Source: Malacoraja senta (Eukaryota). Taken from it: a DNA stretch of 64,000 nt. Positions 12,547 to 25,500 of this stretch are shown piece by piece. How positions within the stretch are numbered: the stretch's first letter is position 1; the number at the start of each line of letters is the position of its first letter. The stretch is taken from contig CM075992.1 of assembly GCA_038087875.1 (NCBI GenBank), forward strand, positions 3,102,001 to 3,166,000, given 5' to 3'. Under the pieces are notes generated by a model, which saw only the letters and a list, made by a program, of their open reading frames with translations, was not told the DNA's origin and did not search any database. The translations under genes and the position numbers were made by a program.

Positions 12547-12874
12547 GTGAGTGTTTGACACCGTGCTGCCTTGCTGGGTGGGATGGGGTGGGAGAGCGGG
12601 GTCGAGCGTTCCCATTTGCAAGGATGCATCAGGAAGCAAGTCCAGAGAGGCTGCATTACCAACTCCAAGAAGGCTTCGTTTTTAATTTAGTTTAGAGATA
12701 CAGCGTGGAAACAAGCCCTTTCATTACTATCAAGGGGTTGCGGACCCGTTTTAAACATACTTCACTTGGAACATTTACTGTTGCTCTTTTCAAACATGTT
12801 GCATTGGACCCGTGACCTGCAGCATTGCAGGAGCATTGATGGATGCACTAATTGTTGTTCTCTTTCTTGCCCAG

Positions 12875-13084
12875 GGTCTCCGTACACAAGAGCAAGTATT
12901 AAAAGTGCCAAATTGGAGGGTTCTTCATTTTTCCGCAAGAAAGAAAGACGCTTTCGATTCGTCGTCCGTCGAGTAGTGAAAACTCAGGGCTTTTACTGGA
13001 CTGTGCTCAGTTTGGTCGCTCTCAACACCTTGTGTGTTGCAATTGTACATTACAAGCAGCCCGACTGGCTCTCTGACTTCCTAT
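12875..13084 (+). CDS. CACNA1A: Cav2.1 exon 11 equivalent (end of I-II loop, IIS1)
   Basis: gcccag|GG TCT...CTA T|gtgagt; 210 nt; [70 protein letters not shown]. Confidence 0.96.
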
Positions 13085-13120
13085 GTGAGTATCGTGGTGT
13101 CTTCATCGTGTGTTGGGAAG

Positions 13121-13610
13121 ATGAATGAATGAGTGAATGAGTGAATGAATGAATGAGTGAATGAATGAATGAGTGAGTGAATGAATGAGTGAGTGAATGA
13201 ATGAGTGAATGAGTGAATGAGTGAATGAGTGAATGAGTGAGTGAATGAATGAGTGAGTGAATGAATGAGTGAATGAGTGAATGAGTGAATGAGTGAATGA
13301 ATGAATGAGTGAATGAATGAATGAGTGAGTGAATGAATGAGTGAGTGAATGAATGAGTGAATGAGTGAATGAGTGAATGAGTGAGTGAATGAATGAGTGA
13401 GTGAATGAATGAGTGAATGAGTGAATGAGTGAATGAGTGAGTGAATGAATGAGTGAATGATGTGAATGAGTGAATGAGTGAATGAGTGAATGAGTGAATG
13501 AATGAATGAGTGAGTGAATGAATGAGTGAGTGAATGAATGAGTGAATGAGTGAATGAGTGAATGAGTGAGTGAATGAATGAGTGAATGAGTGAATGAGTG
13601 AATGAATGAA
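13121..13610 (+). repeat. (GAAT/GAGT)n tetranucleotide satellite; resumes at 14343-14400 after a CR1 insertion
   Basis: Directly visible. Confidence 0.97.
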
Positions 13611-14342
13611 ACATAGAAACATAGAAACATAGAAAGTAGGTGCGAGAGCAGACCACCAGGCCCATCGAGCCCGCACCGCCATTCACTCATGGCTGAACAC
13701 TAAACAGACACCCTTACCCACAAACAGTAGACACAAGACACAGAACACAAGACACTACCCTCCCCTTTATATCGCTATCACCCCTCTCCACCCCAAGAAC
13801 CGCGTGATCTCCTGGGGGAGGCAAAAAAACGGATAAAAACCCAGGTCCAATTCGGGAAAAAAATCCGGGAAATTCCTCTCTGACCCCAATCCAGGCGATC
13901 GACACTTGTCCAGGAGATCACTCAGGTCTTACTATACTAACCATACCTAGGTCCATATCCCTGCCCTCTCCCCGTAGCCCCTTATCCCCTTGGCAGCTAA
14001 AAAACCATCTATTTTAGACTTAAATATATTTAATGTTTCTGCTTCCACTGCTCCCTGGGGCAGTGAATTCCATAAATTAACCACCCTCTGGGTGAAGAAG
14101 TTCTTCCTCATCTCAGTTTTAAAGAGCCCCCCCTTATTCTGCAACTATGTCCCCTAGTTCTAGTTTCCCCGATCATTGGGAACATCCTTGGTGCATCCAC
14201 CCGATCAAGGCCCCTCACGATCTTATATGTTTCAATGAGATCGCCTCTCATTCTTCTAAACTCCAAAGAGTAGAGTTCCAGCCTACTTAACCTTTCCTCA
14301 TATGTCAATCCCCTCATTGCAGGAATTAATCTTGTAAACCTT
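13611..14342 (-). mobile_element. CR1 (HER1-like) LINE 3' fragment inserted into the satellite
   Basis: RFTRLIP..YEERLSRL..RMRGDLIETYKI..FFTQRVVNLWNSLP on the minus strand; (ATAGAAAC)n tail. Confidence 0.9.
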
Positions 14343-15069
14343 ATGAATGAATGAATGAATGAATGAATATGTGAATGAGTGAATGAGTGAGTGAATGAAT
14401 ACGTTGCTTGCACACCCAAGGTATGCAAATAGTCACCATATAAAGGGTGGTTACAAAGTTACAAGTACCCCCACGCTGGGTCCTCCATTATTCCTTCCCT
14501 CGTTAGTGGCGTTCTCACTTCCACGTGGTCTCTCCTCATTCGTCGGTCGGTCGGCGACAATTTGGGCCGCTGCACCGACCTCTCCACTATCGCAGCCGGG
14601 TCCTCTCCGGACGCCTCCGTGGCGCCGAACCGGGCCTCAGCCGCGGCTCTGCAGACCCAGGGGCCGATGGAATTTCGCAAATATAAATCTGAAACCTGCT
14701 AGAAGTATATACTGTAGCCATAGAGGCCTAGGAGGTTCGACATGTCCCCAACAGCTCTCACCAACCTCTACAGATGCGCCGTAGAAAGCATTTTATCAGG
14801 ATGCATCACAGCACGGTTTGGGAACAGCTCCATCCAAGACCACAAGAAATTGCGGAGGCTTGTGGACGCAGCCCAGACCATCACCCCTGTCATTCCCTCT
14901 GATAGGAGGGAAATGAGAGCGTGGCCAGGATACCGTGGGTCTTTGATACTGAAGTTGTAAGCAGCAGCATAGACAATGAGGAGCAACGAGCTGGAGTATT
15001 TGGGCTTTCCGGGGGGCTTTGATCAGACGATACTGCCTGCCTTGTTAAGACATCTTATACGCCCTCTTA

Positions 15070-15269
15070 NNNNNNNNNNNNNNNNNNNNNNNNNNNNNNN
15101 NNNNNNNNNNNNNNNNNNNNNNNNNNNNNNNNNNNNNNNNNNNNNNNNNNNNNNNNNNNNNNNNNNNNNNNNNNNNNNNNNNNNNNNNNNNNNNNNNNNN
15201 NNNNNNNNNNNNNNNNNNNNNNNNNNNNNNNNNNNNNNNNNNNNNNNNNNNNNNNNNNNNNNNNNNNNN
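15070..15269. other. Assembly gap (200 N); probably hides exons 12-17
   Basis: Run of exactly 200 N between the exon 11 and exon 18 equivalents. Confidence 0.99.
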
Positions 15270-15805
15270 GCCTATGTCTCTGATCCTCAGAAGGACTTGG
15301 AGAAGGACTTCAAAGGATGAGGGGAGGTTGCCACATACACACCATTGAATGAAGAAGGGTCCAAACCCAGGAATGTCTCCTGTCCAGTCTTAGTTTAGTT
15401 GTATTTATTATTGTCGCATGTGGAATTCTCTGCCACAGAGGCAGTGGAGGCCAATTCACTGGATGTTTTCAAGGAGAGAGTTAGATAGAGCTCTTAGGGC
15501 TAACGGAATCAAGGGATATGGGAGAAAGCAGGAACGGGGTACTGATTTTGGATGATCGGCTCGAGGGGCTGAATGGCCTCCTCTTGCACCTATTTCTATG
15601 TTTCAGGTCCGTGATTGTGTGAGCAGGGTTGGAAGGCTGTTCTGGAGGGACGGACGTTAGGGCGTGGGGTTGCGTTGGCGTTCGAGGGCGTTGCCAGATT
15701 GGTATCCCCGCGACCTGGGGCGTGCATGTCACCCCCCACCGCCGCTCCATGTACCCCTAATCGCCCCGCGTGTTGCTCACGGATTCTCTCCATGTGTCAC
15801 ACTAG

Positions 15806-15911
<106 letters not shown>

Positions 15912-18156
15912 GTAAGTGGTGTCTGATTCACGTATCCTAGGGTCACTGTCCATGCAATATATTACGCACACAACCAAAGCTGTATTTAAAGAAATAAGAA
16001 CACCCTTGCCAGTGTGGCTGCTCCCTTTGTGACAAGTTTGGTGCTGCTCGCTGTGCAACAATAAGGAACTGCAGATGCTGTTTAACACCAAGGAAAAACA
16101 CAAAAGTGCTGGAGTAACTCAGCGGGTCAGGTAGCATCTCAGGAGAAGACGGATAGGCGACGTTTCAGGTCAGGAATATCGTGTCTGAAGAAGGGTGCCA
16201 ACCCTAAACCAAATGAATTGGTTAAATCCATGTTCTCCAGAGATGCTGCCTGACCCGCATGAGTTACTCCAGCACTTCATGTCTATCTAGGATGTGGATC
16301 AATGGGATGTACCATTTGGTGAGGCTTTTTTTCCCGGAATAGTGGACACTACACAGGTAATGCTAATATGAACGGCCATTCAGCCCATCGAGCTTGCCCT
16401 ACCATTCAGTGATTATGGACAATCCTTTGCCTCTCTCCATTTTCCCCACTTTCCCTACATGTCCATGAATCTATTGACATCAGCCTGCAATATGTCCAAC
16501 AACTTGAGCATGAACAGTTCCCTGGGGGGAGAATCCCAGAGGTTCACAACCCTCTGGGTAAGAGCACGTTTCAGTCCTAACCTAGTGACCCTTTATTCCT
16601 GAGTCTGGGCCCGTTATTGGTGACTGCCACACAAGATGGCATGGTGCCAAACATTGTGTGCTAGCGTGCTATTCAATTGGGGGTACGTTGCATGTGTGGG
16701 TTTCCCCACTGGTCAGAATGGGGGTGCATCATCGAACCCCTTCTTCCCAATGTCGGGCGTAGTGTTCATATTAGCATTACCCCAAAAACAGGTCAGCTCT
16801 CTTGGCACCTTGGATTGGACTGGCACGACTTGAGGAAGTACCATTGGCCTGGAGATGGGAATGGTTTGCTGGATCGAACCCATTCATGTTCTGGGTGGGG
16901 TGGGGTGGGGTGGGGTGGGAGTGGGCCTCCTGAGTGAGATGGGTTCAGCCATGATACGGAACCCTTTGGGAATTCATTTGGATACAGCCTCGAAACACTG
17001 GACTGATCTCAGGGTCAAAGGAGGGGGAGAGAAGGTGGATTCAGATTGTGTTAAGTATCTCTCCCCAATGGGCTGGGGTCTATTTTGATTTTTTTTTTCC
17101 CGGAATAGTGAACACTTCACAGGTAATGCTAATATGAACGGCCATTCAGCCCATCGAGTTTGCCCTACCATTCAGTGATATGGACAATCCTTTGCCTTCT
17201 CCATGTCAAAGATAACATCACGGGCTTGACATTTCTCCTCAGTAGATTTGCCAAACTTGCATGGTCTTAAATTCGAGAAGGACACACAAATGGCAGCCCT
17301 TGCTGTGCGGTGGGTTCAACCTGCTGAACAAGGATACCTCTCTGCCCATTAATTCCTTCCTCCTTGAAAAGACCTCGTTTCAGCCTCAGTCTCTCCAGGG
17401 TCACAGCATCGCTGCTATTTCAGCTGCAACTAGTGGTCACACAGCTCTAGTCAGGAAAGACTCTTGGATGAGATGTTAAACCAATTAAACCATGTTAAAC
17501 CAAGAGTCAGGAATGACTCTTGGATGAGATGTTAAACCAAGGCCCCCTCAGGTAGGCGTAAAACATCCCATTAAAACCAAACACCCTGACAGCTGAAGTT
17601 GTGACAATAGTAGTCAGTTGGGATATAAAGTTAAAATTCTATCTGAATCCACCTGAACTGACAACTTGTATTTTTCAAACATGACAACCCAATTATTACG
17701 GCAACAATGATAGACCCAAGGAACTGCAGATGTTTTTTTTTTTACAAAAAAAAGGCATCAAGTGCTGGAGTAACTCGGGTAACATCAGGAAGCATCTCTT
17801 GGATGAACATGGACAGGTGACATTTTGGATAAAGCATAAAGATACTGAACAGTGGCTGGGGAAGTGATGAGAGTTACATCCTGCACATTCAAATCCACTT
17901 CAGTGAGAAGGGATGATTTGTTTTTCAGAGAGTTTTTGTCCGACCAGGTCAGGGGTGTCACGGTGGATCAGCGGTAGAGTTGCTGCCTCACAGCCCGGGT
18001 CTCTGGCGCTGTGAGATAGCAGCTCCACTGTGCCATCTGAGGAGGTACCTAGTAGGAGGTGGAGGAATTGCTCTGTTTAAGAGACTGTCGGCGGAGCTGA
18101 TGCTTACGTGGGGAGAATAAATATATGGGGTTAATGCAGGATTAGTGTAAATGGGT

Positions 18157-18597
18157 GTGGGAGATTGCAACCTTCACGTGTGGGAGATTGCAAACTGTTT
18201 CGACGAATGCAATCAACCTGGCGTGCACAATCAAATAAGATCAACACCGGAAATTGGAGGAACAGCACCTCATATTCCACTTGGGGAGTCTGCATCCTGG
18301 GGGCATGAACATTGAATTCTCCCAATTCTGTTAGCCCCTTGCGCTCTCCTCCCCTTCCTCAGCCCTCGGGCTGTCCCATCCCTCAGCCCTCGGGCTCCTC
18401 CTCCGCCTTTTTCCTTTCTTCTCCCCACCCCCCATCAGTCTGAAGAAGGTTTCGGCCCGAAACGTTGCCTATTTCCTTCGCTTCATAGATGCTGCTGCAC
18501 CCGCTGAGTTTCTCCAGCATTTTTGTCTACCTAAGATCAAATAGAACAAGTTGTCCGACAACTTTAGGCTCTGCACGCCATACGCAAGAAGAAGAGA
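18157..18597 (+). mobile_element. Second copy of the ribozyme-headed short element, interrupted by a Penelope fragment
   Basis: 13-bp TSD agtgtaaatgggt (18144-18156 and 18598-18610); tail gccatacgcaagaagaag; homologous to 39094-39223. Confidence 0.8.
18245..18531 (+). mobile_element. Penelope-like element 3' fragment (GIY-YIG endonuclease C-terminus plus pLTR with hammerhead-like core)
   Basis: Encodes RKLEEQHLIFHLGSLHPGGMNIEFSQFC*, followed by ctgaagaaggtttcggcccgaaacgtt; 9-bp TSD taagatcaa (18236-18244 and 18532-18540). Confidence 0.8.
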
Positions 18598-21500
18598 AGT
18601 GTAAATGGGTAGATGATGGTCAGCACAGATGTGATGGGCTGAAGGGCTTGTTTCTGCATTGCAAGGAATGGAGGGACACATCGTGTGTGTGCGGATGAGA
18701 TTAAATCATATCGGCATCATGTTCGGCACAGACGTTGTGGGCCGAAGGGCCTGATGCTGTACCGCACTATTCTGTGTCCGATGATTGTATGAATTGTCAA
18801 GGCTAGAGAGTTGATGAGGGGCTCCGCAAGAGTTAAACTGAGAAGAGGGGACATAGTCAGAGTCGTGTGAAAATAGGCAGCAGCAGCAACAGTCGTCTAA
18901 GGATTGGGTAGAGTTTCAGGCCGATGCCAGGGGGAGATAATGGAATTGGCAATGGGTGGAATATCCTTCCACCTTCACCTAATGCCGGACATTAGCGACA
19001 CATTCCCCGACTCCAAACATCCCGGCACAATCCCCTCGGGAGATCCATTTGGCCGAAGTAAATGATGTCAATACACATTCCACAAATACAGTCACAGTAA
19101 CATGGCAAATAAACATTTTATAATGGGCACATTCACACTGTAATTAAGACAATTTTATTTATGAAGTCATGTCATCAAAGCTAAAGCTACAATTAAACTG
19201 TTTAAAACAAGAAGATATTTTGAAATCTTATCACAGATTAGGCGTTAATGATAATCTCACTGTAATGGTTTGGTGTCTATTAATTCATCCCTCTCCCCAT
19301 TATGCTGTCCCCTCACATAGAACATAGGTGCAGGAGTAGGCCATTCGGCCCTTCAATATGATCATGTCTGATCATCCACAATCACCTCGTTCCTCGGCTT
19401 CCTTACCTTTTTGCATTGAACACAAATATAAAAGTCCATTTGGCCCGTTTAATTCATGCAACATTCAGGTTGACAGCACAGGCAATGGTATTGTGATCAT
19501 TGTCTCTCTGGGCTAACTCTTCATTGTTGCAATCGCTGCCAAGTTGATCCACAGGGGTTTTCAGTTGACAGATTGCAGACTTCCATTTCCTTTGGCTTTT
19601 GAAGAATGCCCTGTGATGAGTGGCTTGGAGAGTGGCCCGTTCCTCTCGAACCAGGGGCGAAGGGACCCGGGGGGAGGGGGGGATACACCTGGTCTTTGCT
19701 TGTCATTGCCGTCTCTCCTGAAGGAGCACTGTCCCCAGGTTCCAGAGAAAGGTACATCAGCTCAGAATTATCCCGCTCATTATTCTTTGCAGCAAACTGC
19801 TTGCATCGGACCATTGGGCTGGTTCCACAGTGACGCACAGAAAAATAGTATTAGAGCTATCAAGTCATACAGCATGGAAACAGGCCCTTCGGCCCGACTT
19901 GCCCACACCGACCAACGTGTCCCACCTACACTAGGCCAGTTGTCTCCACCTTCATGTGTTTAGGACTAGTGGCAAAGAATGAATTGCTACCCCCTGGTGC
20001 TCATGTAGTGGAGGACATAATCGAGTACTGTTTACCTGTCTGACCATCAGGTTGTCCCCTCTGGTGAGGGGAGAGGGACATCGGTGGGGGGAGGTGATGG
20101 ATGGGGAGATGTGTTGGTCAAGGCTCATTTAATCCTTCGTACTTTGAGCTAGTGCTCTTTTCCCCAGGCCAGCTCTGAACCACTCTTTCTTGCCTTCTTA
20201 CGCTATGACTGTGTTTCAGGATGCAAACCTTGAGAAAGGAATGCCAATGTGTGCTGATTTACTGGTTAATATTTGTGACTTTTTTTTTTTTTAATTGTAT
20301 GTTTTTTATGTAACAATGTTTAAAGATAAACCTGACTTTCCTGGCTTGGTTACATGGCTGCCCCAGTCCAAGTAGTCTCAAGGCTGGGAGGGAGCCTCAA
20401 ATTTAGATCCAGGCTTCAGAAATGCTAGGCCGGCCTTCAGCAATGAGACATTACATTGAATGGTTAGAGTATTGGATTTTTTGAAAAAAGATATATTTTC
20501 TTACACAGAAAAGCAAAGAACATCAGCCATTTTGCTTTTTGATCTTGATTCTTTGCTGAGGAATTAAGATTAAGGAAACATGAAACTATCATCCATAATT
20601 AACACAAACTTAACAGAACTTTACATTTTAACTAAGCTCCTTTGCATGTCCTACCCTGAGCCTCCAGAAAAGATACTTGTCCTTGGTTGATATGCAACAC
20701 AGTAGTGGCTGCGCTTTGAACTTTCTTTCCAAGTCCTCTTGCACTTTCTTTCCAAGTCCTGTTGACTTAAGCAGGAATGTATCATTGCCTCTGTATTTCA
20801 TATCCAGCAATGGACAAGTGTCAATCCTGCAGTATTTAATACACTTCACCAGCTATGCTCCATTGTGTCCATTTGGGAGTGGGGCGGGTGATAGCTGGCC
20901 TTTCATTTGTTGCTCTCCTATCTGGTCGTAAAGTGCAATTAAGTGTTGGAACAAATCTCCAAGCTGCAGGATGGTGGAGGATGATCTTTGCTCTCTTGAT
21001 AAATGCATGGTTCCAATGATTTTCTTTAAAGCTTGTGTTTTGGAGTCGTGGGTTGTTCGTTGAGGAGTTTGTGATGTTTGCTGGACAGTGTGGGGTGGGA
21101 GGACCCGTTGCTCCTCCCGTGCAGCAGGTGGCGCTGCACATGACAAAGGGAGATGTTTTGTATATAGTTTATCAGGTCGGTGTGGTCAGTCAGATTCTGT
21201 AAGACGAACGCGAAAGAGTTGTTATTCTCTCTCTCTCTCTCTCTGGGCCAGGGGTTTGCTGAGTTGTGCCATCTACAAACGCGACTGGCACGTCTGCATA
21301 CATCACCCTGCCTCTTGTCCAGTTTGATTCATCCTCCATGTGCATGAAAGGTTGGCAAGGCCATTGTCGATCGTGAGTTGCCACGAACCTCCGCTGCCGC
21401 CTTTGCGGTGAAGGTGCTCCGACAGTGTTGTTGGGGAATTGGATTGGACAGGCTCGATGCAGGAAAAATGTTCCCCGTGTTGGGGGAGTCCAGAACCAGG

Positions 21501-22240
21501 GGGTCACACAGTTTCAGAATAAGGGGTAGGCCATTTAGGACTGAGATGAGGAAAAGCCTTTTCACCCAGAGAGTTGTGAATCTGTGGAATTCTCTGCCAC
21601 AGACGGCAGTGGAGGCCAATTCACTGGACGTTTTCAAGCGAGAGTTAGATTTATCCCTTAGGGCTGAAGGAATTAAGGGATATGGGGAGAAGGCAGGAAC
21701 GGGGTACTGATTGTGGATGAGCAGCCATGATCATATTGAATGGCGGTGCTGGCTCGAAGGGCTGAATGGCCTACTCCTGCACCTATTTTCTATGTTTCTA
21801 TGAAGGAGTCCCAGGATTTAGAAGCAGCCTTGATGGAAGAGCAGGGATATATTTCCAATTTAGGATGGTGAGTGGGGTTCTGGAAGCTGATGTTCCATTG
21901 CTCCTGCTGTTCTTGTTCTCCTGGGCAGTAGAGGTCACACGTTTGGGACATGCCGATGAGGAAGCATATGTGTAGGAAGGAACCGCAGATGCTGCTTTAC
22001 ACCGAAGATAGACACAAAATGCTGGAATAACTCGGCGGGAGAGGCAGCATCTATGGAAAGAAGAAATGGTGACGTTTCGGGTCGAGTCTGAAGAAGGGTC
22101 TTGAACCCGAAACATCACCCATTCCTTCTCTCCAGAGATGCTGCCAGTCCCGCTGAGTTACTCCAGCTTTTTGTGTCCATCTTGAATGAAGAAACATAGT
22201 TGGCTTATAGGTGCTGCACAGAACAGCCATGGTGTGCGAG

Positions 22241-22555
22241 TGGTGGCTCAGCGGTATAGTTGCTGCCTTACAGCGCTTACAGTGCCAGAGACCCGGGTTC
22301 CATCCCGACTACGGGTGCTGTCGGTACGGAGTTTGTACGTTCTCCCCGTGACCTGCGTGGCTTCTTTCCGAGATCTTCATTTTCCTCCCACACTCCAAAG
22401 ATGTACAGGTTTGTGGGCTAATTGGCTTGGGATAAATGTCAATTGTCCATAGAGTGTGTGTGGGATAGTGTTAATGTGCAGGGATCGCTGGTCGGTGCGG
22501 ACTCGGTGGGCCGAAGGGCCTGTTTCTGCGCTGTATCTCTCAAACTATAACTAAA
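22241..22555 (+). mobile_element. tRNA-derived V-SINE (HE1-like); other copies at about 5585-6025, 38055-38377, 44515-44757, 45440-45720, 50768-51045, 56012-56398, 60921-61237 and 62938-63234
   Basis: A-box TGGCTCAGCGG, B-box-like GGTTC(G/C)ATCC, V-domain GGAGTTTGTACGTTCTCCCCGTG..TTTCCTCCCACACTCCAAAGA, CR1-like tail GGGCCGAAGGGCCTGTTTC..(CTAAA)n. Confidence 0.85.
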
Positions 22556-25500
22556 GATCGAAATGAGACTGGCTGTTACTTCTGGGATGGTGGAATGGAG
22601 TGTTGTAAATGCATGGAAAACATCCTTCATGATCCTGGTTTGTAGAGAGGGAAATGTTTTGGTGCTTTGTGGAGTCAGGAGCTGAATCACTCATCTCAGT
22701 ACAAGGGCGAATAATCACAGAATTCAAACACTGAGGTGGCAGAAATTAAACAGCATTAATTAATTCATACTAGCACCATGATGATCTCATCAATCTCACT
22801 TCCTTAAACAATTAATGCTGTTAATTACCTCTCCTTAAACTCCTTGGAACATCCAAAAACAAGGATGTTATCCCAATCCCCCATCTGCAGAATCCAATAC
22901 TCAAACCTTGAAGACAATTCGGTATTTTTGAATTTCAATGAATTTTTTTTTAAAATATGTGTTGCAAGGGCTGATTCTCACCTGAAGTGAAATTAGCCGG
23001 AGATTTGTAAACCCAGTGAGTCCAGGACAGTCATGATCACCAAATGTGTGCACTTCATTTCGTGTTTAGTAACCTCGAGCATTCTTCTGAACTCTGACAC
23101 TCTCTCCACATGTCTGGACAGTACAGAGAGGGTAAGACCTCTTTCCCCTAGGAGCTCTGTGTACAACAGTGATGCCTGCACTCAAATGTAAGTACCAAGA
23201 AGTGCAGGTTGGAAATGAAAACCAAAAAGACCAGAGTTTCCCCACTAAACATCCATCCAACATTGCAAATGGTTCTAGACCAATATTTAGACAATTATTA
23301 TATGAAAATTTGTTTTTATATTAATACCACCAGCATTTGCGCGCCAGTTCTGGATGTAATGTCATTTTCACAAATAGTTGTTTTTGGGGCAAAATCACGA
23401 GGATTGTAAAATCAGGATTTATTATTAGAATTTTGTTTCTTTTTTTCATTGGGCTGATCTTAAATCTGGAAGAATTGGGCACAAATTGAACTGGTTTCTT
23501 GAGAGATGTGAGATTGGGCGAGAGTCTGGGGCGGGTGTTTTGAACGTTGTTTTAAAAAAAAAACGCAACGTTTATGAACCTCAAGTTTAGAAGCAAATTA
23601 ATACCACGTGAAATGAGAAGAAAGTTGTACACCTGATGCCCGACTCACCACCTAGAGCTACAGATGAGCATTGTCACTAAGATTAACATTTTCTAAAATA
23701 GGTTTTTCAAACAAAAGTGACTTTCATTTGTATAGTTCTTTCCACGTCCCTTTCAAGACATCCGAAGGCACTTTACAGATAATATTTTTTAAAATTTGGC
23801 CAATATAATGTAGACTGAACAGCTTGAGGGATATCTCTTGGTTCCGAGACATCAGGAAACGAAAGACAGAATAGACTCGATGGGCCGAATGGCCTAACTC
23901 TGCATCCTATCTCTTAAAGTCTTATTAAAGATCTCGCGACACAAGGAATTGGAAATGTTGGGATGATGCGTATTGGAGTAACTCAGCCGGTCATGTAGCA
24001 TCTCTGGAGGACAGGGACATTTAGCATCTCCTACCCATGTTCTCCAGAGATGCAGCCTGACGCGATGAGTTACTCCAGCACATGGGAAAGGTCCCCTGTT
24101 CAGCTGTGGGATCTTTTGCATCTTCCTGGGTGGACAGAAGGGATTAAAGATTTAAGGCATATAAAATGGAAGATACCCTCAGGGTATTTTTGAGAGGGCT
24201 TCTCCACCATCCCTTCAAGGACTGGAGTATCAAATGCTCCAGCTGTTTTGGGTTGGGTCAGCAAAGAGACACTGTCCAATAATCTAGATGTATGCCCCTG
24301 TTGACCGCGCTGTATCTCTAAACTAAACCAAACATCTAGGTAATCCGAGGAATGGATCCAAAACCTGTCTAGGGACAACCATGGAATTGTCATGTCCGAG
24401 TACCCTCCATCTTCGATTGAGGTCCCTTTCCTCCCACCTTCTAAAGACCTGGAGGCGGTTTAATCATCAACGTGACTCTTAGTGTAGGGAATGGACGGAA
24501 AATCAAAGGAGAGGTCATCGGGTTAGTGAGAGGACTTTGAGATGTCGGGCTAGTGGGAAATGGTACAGGAGAGGAGAAATGGTACAGATGGAATTTTACC
24601 TGCTAGGGGCCAGTATTGATCTACTGGGCCAAATGGCCACCCTCTGTAATATAAGTAAGTAAGATAGAAAGCAAAATAAACTGCCATGTATTTTAATATA
24701 ACAATTTAAAATAACAATTTTTATGTAAAATTGTTCAGGATGGAGTGATTATGAAGTTGAAGCTGAGAGGCTGTGACTGAATCTGTTTCTTCTCATGTTC
24801 CCCTGTATATTTCTGTGGACTTCACTCCCTGATAGATTCTCATTTCAAGTACCCCCGATATTGCAATATCCTGTCTATATACAGATACGCTCTTAGCCCT
24901 GGTCTTCGTAAATGTACGTTGGCGGATTGTAGTTCACTTTTTGCGTGTTTGGAGTGTTTTGTCTTTCAATGTGAATTCTTTTACAATCTGTGTGCTTTTT
25001 GATGTGTGTTTGCCATTGCCTTTCATCGATCGCTTTCCATGATTTGCATTTTAATTTCTTGGCTGGTTGACTTTGTTGGTGGGAGTGGAGTAACATCTCC
25101 AGCTAATGGTGGAGACAGTAAGGCTCCAAAACGGGAATAGTCTAGTAGCTGTTCACATCCCTGTTCTGCTGCACACAAGGAGGGATTTGCATTATCAGAG
25201 TAATATATTCATAAGACATCGCAGCAGAAGTAGACCATTGGGCCCATCAAGTCTACTCCGCCATTCAATCATGGCTGATCTATCTCTCCCTCTCAATCCC
25301 ATTCTCCTGTCTTCTACCCATAACTTTTGTCACCCGTACTAATCAAGAAGTACAAATCTCCGCTTTAAAAATACCCATTGACTTGGCCTCCATAGCAATA
25401 AATTCCACAGATTCATCTCCCTCTGGCTAAAGAAATTCCTCCTCGTCTCCATTCTAAAGGAACGTCCTTTTATTCTGAAGCTGTGCCCTCTGGTCCTAGA

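Noticed and set aside
13050..13690. Three ~200-aa His/Ser-rich ORFs
   Set aside because: Translation of the (ATTC/ACTC)n satellite.
24836..24907. 72-nt AG/GT-bounded segment in intron 18
   Set aside because: In-frame TAG, weak donor (TTC|GTAAAT), no homology.
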